Part shown: positions 55,886 to 64,000 of the stretch, piece after piece | How the letters are laid out: every line of letters begins with the position of its first letter | Numbering within the stretch: the stretch's first letter is position 1 | NCBI GenBank assembly: GCA_964016885.1 | Contig: OZ024741.1 | Location: forward strand, 211,916,001-211,980,000 | DNA from: Eledone cirrhosa | Lineage: Eukaryota | Length of the DNA stretch: 64,000 nt | Reading direction: 5' to 3' | Notes under the pieces: generated by a model | What the model saw: the letters and a program-made list of their open reading frames with translations, nothing else | Databases searched by the model: none | What the model was told of the DNA's origin: nothing | Translations under genes and position numbers: made by a program

Positions 55886-55929
55886 GATGATGATGGTGAC
55901 TGTGGTGATGGTGATGATGATGTTGTTGT
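55886..55929. repeat. Short degenerate (GAT/GGT)n microsatellite
   Basis: gatgatgatggtgactgtggtgatggtgatgatgatgttgttgt. Confidence 0.7.
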
Positions 55930-55959
55930 ATAGCACAGCAGCATAGCCTTGTACAGGAG

Positions 55960-57375
55960 CAGAAAGAGAGAGAGAGAGTGAGAGAGATAGAGAGACAGAG
56001 GGAGAGAGAGTATGTGTGAGAGAGATTGAGAGTGGGAGAGGACGAGAGAGAGAGAGTGGGAGAGGGGAGGGAGAGAGAGAGTGTGTGTGTGAGAGAGCGT
56101 GAGAGTGGGAGAGAAACAGAGAGAGTGTGAGAGAGAAAGAGAGAGGACTATGAAAAGTTCGTACACAAAGAGAGAGAGAGAGAAAGAGTGTGAGAGAGAG
56201 GGAGAGAGGGGGGGGGGACTATGAAAGGTTCGTACACAAAGTGGGAGAGAGAGAGAGAGTCTGTGTGGCAGGGGCTATGAAAGGTTCGCACACAAAGAAA
56301 GAAAGAAAGAAAGAAAGAAAGGGAGAGAGAGAGAGGGAGAGAAAGAGAGAGAAAGAGAGAGAAAGAGAGATAGGACTATGAAAGGTTTGTACACAAAGAG
56401 AGATAAATAGATAGAGAGATAGCGAGATAGAAAGAGAGAGGGAGAGAGAGAGATGGGGAGAGATGGAGAGAGAGGGGGAGAGAGAAGAGAGAGGGAGAGA
56501 ACAACAAAAGGCTCGTACACGAAGAGAAAGGAGAGAGAGTGTGTGAGAGAAGAGAGAGTGACAGGGAGGGGCTAAGAGAAAAAGACAGAGAACTACATAA
56601 GCATCGTACACGAAGAGAGAGAGAGGGTGAGTGAGGGGGAGGGGAGAAAGAAAATATATGTATTGTACAGTGAGGGGGGATAGAGAGTGATATAATACTG
56701 AGTAAGCCCCGAATAGAGAGGAAGAAAGTGAGAGAGAGAGGGTGTGAGAGTGATAAGAAAAAGTGGGACGGAGAAAGAGAGAAGAGAAAGTGGGAGAGGG
56801 AGTGAGAGAGTGAGAAAAAACGCGTGATAACTACATACAACCTTGTATATAAACAGAGAGAGGGGGAGAACGTAAGAGAGGGAGAGACAGAGCGAGAGAA
56901 AGATGGAGAGAGAACGACAGAGGGAGAGAGAGAAAGAGAGAGGGGTAAAGATAAATAGAGGGAGAGGGAGAGAGAGAGAGAAAGCGAGAGAGAACGAGAG
57001 AGTGAGAGAGAAAAAACGCGTTATAACTACTTACAGCATTGTATATAAACAGAGAGAGGGGGAGTACGTAAGAAAGAGAAAGACGGAGAGAGAACGACAG
57101 AAGGGGAGAGAGAAAGAGAGAATGAGAGAGAGAATGAGAGATAGCAAATGAGAAAGAGAGAGAGAGAGAGGGGGAGAGAGAAAGAAAGCGAGAGAGAACG
57201 AGAGAGTGAGAGAGAGAGAAAAAAAAGGGAGCAAGTGATTACTATATTCAGATTTGTACATGAACAGGGTAAAAGAGGTTGAGTGAAAGGGATACAGAGT
57301 GAATGTAAGAGAGATAGAGAGGAAGAGAGAGCGAGAGAGAGAGGGAGAGAGAGAGAAGGAGAAAGAAAGAGATAA
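55960..57375. repeat. Complex (GA)n-rich polypurine tract with an embedded recurring ~25-bp motif and ~200-bp duplications
   Basis: GA/GAA/GGA runs interrupted by gactatgaaaggttcgtacacaaag-like motifs at 56,146, 56,217, 56,273, 56,374, 56,500 and 56,591, and by aactacWtacarcMttgtatataaacag-like motifs at ~56,829, ~57,025 and ~57,239. Confidence 0.9.
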
Positions 57376-57641
57376 CTAATGTTCACACATCATAGGTGGA
57401 AATCAATTTCTTTCCCCAAGAAGCATTAGTGACCGCGCATTACTTCAGCTGTCAGCTTAGGAATTTGAAGTAAAACATTTATAAAAATACTGTTTTATAT
57501 ATGTATTTTTTGTTTTTAATATTAGCTTTTCACTCTCTTTTCCCTTCCTCATTTCCACTTCATAAAAATTCGTGGATTGCTTGGATGACAAGATTGAAAT
57601 ATTTTTCAAACCAAACCAAAAGCAACACTGAATATAAAATA

Positions 57642-57644
<3 letters not shown>

Positions 57645-57731
<87 letters not shown>

Positions 57732-57777
57732 TATTTTATATTATATATATATATATATATTTTATATTATATTATTT

Positions 57778-57843
<66 letters not shown>

Positions 57844-57919
57844 TGTACATATATATATATGTACATATATATATATATATATATAATATATATATTTGTA
57901 TATATATATATATATATAT

Positions 57920-57993
<74 letters not shown>

Positions 57994-58033
57994 GTATATA
58001 TGCATATATATACACACAAACACACATATATAC

Positions 58034-58082
<49 letters not shown>
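57645..58082. repeat. (TA)n microsatellite with TACA/CA interruptions
   Basis: Seen directly; it explains the YIYIYI ORFs on both strands. Confidence 0.97.
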
Positions 58083-58085
<3 letters not shown>

Positions 58086-58259
58086 ATCCCATTTGAATTA
58101 TATATATTTTTCGTTTAATATATCCGTTTGTTTTTTTACTCTTTTTAGTGTCAAAACATATTTTAAAATATAAAATGGAAATTTGTTTCATATCCACACT
58201 CATAAACGATTAAGTGTTCATACTTAAATATGTGTTTGTCAGCAATTACTTAGAAATAT

Positions 58260-58396
58260 GAAACAAAACAAATATAGAAATAAAATACAATACAAATAAA
58301 TATGAAGAAAAAAAAATCTTTTATATGAGATGGATTTTAATCACTACAATCTTGAAAGGTCTGCGTGAATATGGTTGAATTGCAAACGGTTTTAAT
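58260..58396 (-). terminator. Candidate polyadenylation region for the putative exon
   Basis: Minus-strand ATTAAA at 58,391-58,396 and 58,336-58,341. The latter is followed ~20 nt downstream by a long U-rich stretch (poly-T, then cttcatatttatttgtattgtattttattt). Confidence 0.35.
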
Positions 58397-58491
58397 AGAA
58401 AACACACTGCTCTGCTATAAATTCAACTAAAGCGCTGTAATGAATAAATAGCTTAGCCAAGTTGATTAACATTCTAGCTGAAAGAGATATT

Positions 58492-58644
58492 TCAGCACCT
58501 TAGAAATTCTTCCTTGTCTTGGACCTGTAAATCGTAACTGTTGGTGGAGTCGTAGCGGCGCTGTTGATATGAGAAACGGTTAGTCTCAAACAGTTTAAAC
58601 TTGGCAGAACACATCTTCTCTACAGGTGAGAACACCTCTGTTGT
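58492..58644 (-). CDS. Putative terminal coding exon of an unidentified spliced gene (TTEVFSPVEKMCSAKFKLFETNRFSYQQRRYDSTNSYDLQVQDKEEFLRC*)
   Basis: On the minus strand a long polypyrimidine tract (catccccatttcctttctctccccctctcccacatttctct) ends in AAG at 58,645-58,647, with an alternative CAG at 58,638-58,640. It is followed by 50 open codons of non-repetitive, more GC-rich sequence and a TGA at 58,492-58,494. Downstream are ATTAAA signals and a U-rich tract. I do not recognise a homolog. Confidence 0.5.
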   Translation of the reverse strand, partial: TTEVFSPVEKMCSAKFKLFETNRFSYQQRRYDSTNSYDLQVQDKEEFLRC

Positions 58645-58829
58645 CTTTCAGAGAAATGTGGGAGAGGGGGAGAGAAAGGAAATGGGGATGAAATATAGAA
58701 CAGGATTGGTACATTAAAAAAAAAATCTTGAAAGGATAAACGACAAAGTTTCTCCGCCCACATTAGGAATAGATATATTCATATTTCAATGATAGAAGTT
58801 ATGTGAAAGCATGTGTGAGGTAGAAGTTA

Positions 58830-59475
58830 GGGTCCACGGCTCATGGTTTCGACAGTGAGTTGTGTCACTGATGAGCAAGACACCTTTCACGTTACAGCTT
58901 CTCCAGTCAATTCAGTTGACAACATTTAGTTGCAGCAGTAATTTTGAAGAGCTGTCTTCAAACACATTCTTTCACAATGACTCTCCTTGAGAAGCAGTTT
59001 ACACCTGGCTAGGATGCTCAACTACGTACATTATGATATAAAGTGAACTGTACTCTTGTTTTTCAACGGACGGTCCAGACATAGGAGACAGTCAGGTTAA
59101 ATTTCCCCGAGAACCCTGTTTAGAGTACACGTGCCGTTTGAATGCTCAGCAACTTGCAGGTTAACCAAAACAACACCCCAACCTAGGTGTAGAGTCTGTC
59201 ACCCTCTACCCTTCCCCATCTTTGTCTTCCGTTGCCTAACAGTCATTGCTCTTTCTCCTTCTCATATATGACATTTATAGTCCTTTCCTTTACTCTCCTC
59301 TACAGCCAGATCTGCCCTTCTTTAACCCTACCCCTTTTTTCATTACTTAATTTTATTTATTTATTTTTTTTTTATATTTCCATCATTGTATAACTTCTGT
59401 CTGTAAAATATAGTTGACATAATATGTTGATGTATAATAGATGACAAAATTTCACGAGGAGGCTGTTCCCTGTCA
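58830..59475 (+). mobile_element. Degenerate SINE-like element(s), interrupted by a ~280-bp insert (59,165-59,446)
   Basis: Segments ttgtgtcactgatgagcaagacacctttcacgtt..ctccagtcaattcagttg, ttccccgagaaccctgtttagagtacacgtgccgtttgaatgctcagcaacttgcaggttaa and aatttcacgaggaggctgttcc occur in the order I recall for an abundant octopus SINE. The family assignment is from memory and needs a Dfam/RepeatMasker check. Confidence 0.4.
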
Positions 59476-59499
59476 GATATGACTTATTAAAAGCAATGA

Positions 59500-59915
59500 A
59501 AAATAGTGTTTCATCTGAATACAATAATAAGATCTTTAGTTAATACAGTTCGGTACAGACTCATTAACTGCTTAATGAACAACCACAAGGATATAGTCCG
59601 AACGTGGAAGAGCCGAACTCCCACTGTCATCGCCTCTATCTCTCTCGTTCTTCCCATCGCTCTGTATGGTGAGCAAATGGGGTCTCACGTGCTGGTCTCC
59701 CCAGAGCCCCGGTGGATAGAATGGAGAAGGCGTTTCCCCGTAAGATGGTAAGGGAGATGCGCTGGAAGAGCCATTCCATCTCGCGAGGCTCACACCTGCG
59801 GCTGGCCAGCTCAGCGCCTATGGTGGTGAGTAGGTAGGGAGCCCTAGGGCCTAGGACATCAGAAGTCTCCACTTCCAAGGGGACGACCGCGACCGCTTTG
59901 ACCACACCACCTTCA
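59500..59915 (-). mobile_element. 5'-truncated non-LTR retrotransposon remnant, CRE-clade-like (C-terminus of the restriction-like endonuclease region plus probable 3' UTR)
   Basis: ORF 59,636-59,905 reads VPLEVETSDVLGPRA..LL..IG..LA....EPRE..WLFQRISLTILRGNAFSIL. This matches the characteristic CRE-type C-terminal pattern F.P.AVET.G.WG..A..F...LG.RL....GEPRE...L.QR.S.AIQRGNA.SIL. No RT domain is present. Boundaries are approximate. Confidence 0.75.
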
Positions 59916-60366
59916 TTACGGACGACACACCCAGGACAATATTATTCAATCCATATGTTTGGTTAAGAAACAGAAAAACAAACAAACGTAGGCTGTGATT
60001 GGATGAAATGTTGTTGTTTTATAGGCAGTGAATTGGCTGTCATTAGAGAGTTGAATTAAAGGACTAAATACTTGGCCCCTTTCTCTGTTTTTTGGATTCA
60101 AACCATGCCAAGATCGAATTTATCTCCCACACTTTCGGAGTAAATAAACAAAGTTCTAAACAAGAGGGCATGGAAAAGCGAGGATGTGTGTGTGTCTGTG
60201 TACAACTTTGGATACCTAAGGCTTTTACAATTACCAACTGAATTTGACCAAATTTTCTGTGCACGTTGCACAGGTCGCTAAGATGTTCACATCACAAAAG
60301 ATTTTCCACTCAACCCACGTTGAGCAATAAAAAAACGATATCAAAATTATCGGGCAAAATTGAGGT

Positions 60367-60443
60367 AAGGGAGATAACCAACTTTATTGACAATCCTTAT
60401 AAAAAAAAGGGAGATAACCACTTTATTGACAATCCTTATAAAG
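60367..60443. repeat. 40-bp tandem duplication (2 copies)
   Basis: aagggagataacca(a)ctttattgacaatccttataaa at 60,367 and 60,407. Confidence 0.9.
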
Positions 60444-60844
60444 AGAGTGAGATATGGAGACCTTCGTTTTCAATTTTAAAACAACAATCATCGTCGGACG
60501 TAATTTCAGAAATATAAACATCAGATTCATTTGAAGATAAACCACTAATATTATCGTTTGTTGCACTTTCAAAGTTTAAAAAAAACTTGTTGTTTTAACT
60601 TGTTTCACTATATTAAGTGTTAATTTTCGCGGTAAGGGCCTAATCTCGCAGCAGTCTCGAATTGACGAGATTTTGATGATGGTGTGTTTATTTTTAGAAC
60701 AATCCTTATGGGAATTTCCTTTCAAACCATTGGGACCTACAGCTTTTACATTTTTAAAGTAATTTCGTCCACATTTGAGGCAGGCATTATCTATGCTTCC
60801 AGCTGTATTTGTACACATTCAACATTTTTTGACAATGAAGGAAC

Positions 60845-61401
60845 ATACTGAACAGGATTCTTCCTGGATGTCCACGGATATATAAATCTATTGATACTGT
60901 ATGTGATCCACAGGATGCGGTCAACTATCCAGTTGAATTTCTAAATTCTTTAAATCTTCCTGGTTTAACTCCTAATACATTGGTTCTGAAAGAGGGAACG
61001 CCAGTGATTTTGCTGAGAAATATCACTCCTCCAAAACTATGCAATGGTACACGCCTTGTGGTTAAAAAACTGTCTCCACTTAGTATTGACGCTACCATTC
61101 TATCTGGATGTGGAAAAGCCGAGGATGTGATAATAACAAAAATTAGCCTGACTACATCAGGCGTGGATACTCCCTTCTCCTTTCGCCGAACCCAATTTTC
61201 CCTTCGTGTTGCCTTTGCGATGTCCATAAACAAGTCGCAAGGTCAAACTCTCTGTCCGTCACTGGAATTCACTTGGATGAACCTTGCTTTTTGCATGGAC
61301 AATTCTGCGTTGCCTGCTTACGAGTTGGCAGTCGAGATAATCTCTTTGCGTTTGTTCCGAAAAGAAAAACAAAGAATACCGTCTATCCTGAAGTGCTTTA
61401 G
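60845..61401 (+). pseudogene. Helitron RepHel PIF1-family helicase C-terminal fragment, frameshifted
   Basis: The frame from 60,845 reads ILNRILPGCPRIYKSIDTVCDPQDAVNYPVEFLNSLNLPGLTPNTLVLKEGTPVILLRNITPPKLCNGTRL...RRTQFSLRVAFAMSINKSQGQTL. After an extra 2 bp (tc) at ~61,250 it continues SVTGIHLDEPCFLHGQFCVACLRVGSRDNLFAFVPKRKTKNTVYPEVL* (TAG at 61,399-61,401). These correspond to the known motifs LCNGTRL, AMTINKSQGQT, HGQLYVA.SRV and T.N.VY.EVL. Confidence 0.93.
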
Positions 61402-62297
61402 TGTTAACAAAAAAACTTATTACAGCTCTGCCTTAACTTCCCCTTACTCATTACAAAACATACCAATGAATATGTCATGCAGGATATTTTGGATTATAAG
61501 TTCAAAATTTAACCATACACAGCAAAGGATGCTCTCAAAGAATAGATTTTCTCTTATTCTACTCTCATTGTTTTTTTGTTTGTATACAACTCTGCTTTCA
61601 CTACAACGTTTTGTATTTTAGCAAAACTGCCTGTTTTTTTTTACAGATTTGCAACGTATATTGTCTTTAATCATTTGTATAATTACATCCTGTTCAGTGT
61701 TTTCCTTCATTATCAGCATAGTTTTATGTGTACAAAGATTGCACTAAATATTCGTTTTGCATTAATTATTGAAGACTTCTGCTTATTTTGACAGGTTGCG
61801 GACAAATAATTTTCTTCTTTTACTTCCTAGCTGTATATTCTTAGCATAATTTCAAACCCCGGGCGACGCCGGGTAAATCTGCTAGTCATAAATAAAGGGC
61901 CGTACGAGATGTTTTGTGGCATCTGCCTCGCCTCTCTGCATTCGACGTTCTTATCAAATACATAACAGGAAAAAGGGTGAGGATTCTGTTAGGACTTGCC
62001 CTTGGTAAATTGTATCAGCAAAGAAAAGATCAATTGAAATTTTGTCTCATTCGTCTGACTTAATGATGGGCTTTATTTCAATTCTAGCTGCTATTTCTAG
62101 CAGACAGAGAGACTGAACAGGAGCATACTTGTGGATATGTTTCACTAGATATCAGCAATAACTATCTAACGTAAAGTTTTTTAATGACACACCTTGTATA
62201 ACACCAAAGTCGAATTTATGTATTGAGGAAGTGACATATTTCTTTAGGAAAATACTTACTATTTCGTAAATAATATTTGATAATTTGTTTGATAGAT

Positions 62298-62810
62298 AGG
62301 TGTGAGTGTATGTATGTGTACGTGTAAGTGTGTGTGAGTATATATGTGAGCGTCTATGTATGTATGTGTGTATGTGTGTATGTGTGTGTGCGAGTAATTA
62401 ACTGTATGTGAGTATATATATGTGAGCGTGTATGTATGAGTGTATGTGTGTATGTGTGTGTGTGTAACTGTGAGCATGTGTGTGCGCATGTATGTGCGCG
62501 TGTTTGTATGTGTGCGTGTATGTATGCGTGTATGTGTGTGTGAGAGCATGTGTGTATGTGTGAGCGCTCGCGTGTGTGTGTGTGCATGTATGTGTGCGGG
62601 TATGTATGTGTGCGTGTATAAATGTTTTCGTGGATGTATGTATGCGTGGATGTATATGTGCGTGGATGTATGTGCGAGTATGATTGTGTGTGCGAGTGTG
62701 CATGCTTGTGTGTATGTATGCGTGTGTGCCTGTGTGTATGTGTGCATGTGTGCATGCGTGCGTGTGTGTATGCTTGTGTGTGTATGTGTGTATGTGTGTC
62801 TGTGTGCCAA
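62298..62810. repeat. Degenerate (TG)n/(TATG)n microsatellite
   Basis: Seen directly; it explains the HT- and CV-rich ORFs. Confidence 0.95.
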
Positions 62811-63595
62811 TGTGTGTGTGTTTATATATGCGTGTGTGTATGTATGTGTGTCTCTGTGTATAAGTGTGTGTGTTTATATATGCGTGTGTGTATGTATGTG
62901 TGCCTCTGTGTATATATGTGTGTGTGTTTATATATGCGTGTTTGTATGTATGTCTGCCTCTGTGTATAAGTGTGTGTGTTTATATATGCGTGTGTGTATG
63001 TGTGTCTCTGTGTATAAGTGTGTGTGTTTATATATGCGTGTGTGTATGTATGTGTGCCTCTGTATATGAGTGTGTGTGTTTATATATGCGTGTGTGTATG
63101 TATGTGTGCCTCTGTTTATAAGTATGTGTGTTTACATATGCGTGTGTGTATGTATGTGTGTCTCTGTGTATAACCGTGTGTGATTATATATGCGTGTGTG
63201 TATGTATGTGTGCCTCTGTATATAAGTGTGTGTGTTTATATATGCGTGTGTGTGTGTATGTGTGCCTGTGTTTATCTGTGTGTGTTTATATGTGCGTGTG
63301 TGTATGTATATGTGCCTCTGTATATATGTGTGTGTGTTTATATGTGCCTATGTGTATGTATGTGTGCCTCTGTATATAAGTGTGTGTGTTTATATATGCG
63401 TGTATGTATGTATGTGTGTTTATATATGCGTGTGTGTATATATGTGTGCCTCTGTATATACGTGTGTGTGTTTATATATGCGTGTGTTTATATATGTATG
63501 TGTGCCTCTGCGTATATGTATGTGTGTTTATATGTGCGTGTGTGATTGTGTGTTTATATGTGCGTGTGTGATTGTGTGTTTATATGTTTGTGTAT
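62811..63595. repeat. ~52-54-bp minisatellite (gtgtgtgtgtttatatatgcgtgtgtgtatgtatgtgtgcctctgtgtataa), roughly 14-16 copies, shortening at the right end
   Basis: tttatatatgcg recurs at 62,821, 62,873, 62,927, 62,979 and onward, with a ~48-54-bp period. Confidence 0.9.
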
Positions 63596-63694
63596 TAATG
63601 TCCATGTAAGTGTGAGCAAATACAGAGAACTTTCTGGAAATGATGGTTTTCTAAAGTCTCATTCTATGAAACGTGAGCATGTTGCATATAAATT

Positions 63695-64000
63695 ACACGC
63701 ACTCACACACACACACACACACAATGTGCTCGCGCGCGTGCACACTCACACACACCGTTATCTGTCTATATATCTGAATTTATATATGTTTATATCTATA
63801 TGTTTGTGTGCATGTGTGTGTGTCTGCCTGTGTCTATGTATATATGAGTGTATGTGAAGTCTATGCGAGTGTATGTGTGATGTATGTGTGTGTGTGTGTA
63901 AAAGAGTGTTGGTGTGAGAACGTATGTGTTTGTGAGAATATGCGTAAATGTCTGTGTGTGTGTATGTATGAGAATATGTGTATATGAGATTGTGTGTGTA
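63695..64000. repeat. Mixed (CA)n and (TG)/(TA) low-complexity tract
   Basis: Seen directly. Confidence 0.85.

Larger units (their letters stand above)
60175..61885 (+). mobile_element. Internally deleted, non-autonomous Helitron (5' boundary approximate)
   Basis: Contains a Helitron-type PIF1 helicase C-terminal fragment. It ends in the GC-rich hairpin cccgggcgacgccggg (61,858-61,873), followed after 8 nt by CTAG (61,882-61,885) and then T, which is the canonical Helitron 3' end. No Rep/HUH domain is visible. Confidence 0.85.

Noticed and set aside
54826-57270. CRISPR-like arrays (palindromic core with spacers; motif with GA spacers)
   Set aside because: The spacers are homologous to each other or low-complexity, the repeats are degenerate, there are no cas genes, and the context is eukaryotic.
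55761-58203. ER-, LS- and YI-rich ORFs
   Set aside because: These are translations of the (GA)n and (TA)n microsatellites.
58496-58631. Plus-strand exon (ttcag|cacc...ctacag|gtgaga)
   Set aside because: All three frames contain stops and the acceptor has a poor pyrimidine tract. The minus-strand reading is better supported.
59990-60040. Paired CCAAT boxes (ATTGG at 59,998 and 60,032)
   Set aside because: These are short motifs between transposon remnants, with no associated gene start. That is not enough to call a promoter.
60980-61621. Intact 213-aa host PIF1 gene
   Set aside because: Homology starts upstream of the called start and shifts frame at ~61,250. The N-terminal helicase motifs are absent, and a Helitron terminus follows.
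61900-62130. Further SINE-like remnants (e.g. tagctgctatttctagcag)
   Set aside because: Only short resemblances from memory; too degenerate to delimit without a library search.
62259-63857. His/Thr- and Cys/Val-rich ORFs
   Set aside because: These are translations of TG/CA micro- and minisatellites.

Overview
Eukaryotic (metazoan) repeat-rich genomic DNA. The repeat landscape resembles cephalopod/octopus DNA, but that is an inference from recalled repeat families and was not verified. Bases 1-~54,824 are one uninterrupted tandem satellite with an 18-bp monomer, GTTGTYATTGTTGTTGAT (about 3,050 monomers; the array runs off the left edge of the window). It has nested higher-order duplications of ~10.9 kb on the left, ~3.3-3.7 kb in the middle and ~5.3-5.6 kb on the right. 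Nearly all giant ORFs in the track are by-products of this triplet-phased repeat. The last ~9 kb contain, in order: a degenerate ~90-bp tandem array fused to the satellite edge, a GA-rich tract punctuated by a drifting ~25-bp motif, a (TA)n tract, a probable minus-strand terminal coding exon missed by the ORF track, a split SINE-like element, the 3' end of a CRE-clade-like non-LTR retrotransposon, an internally deleted Helitron (frameshifted PIF1 helicase C-terminus with an intact hairpin-CTAG end), and TG/TA micro- and minisatellites. No intact gene, RNA gene or CRISPR array is supported.
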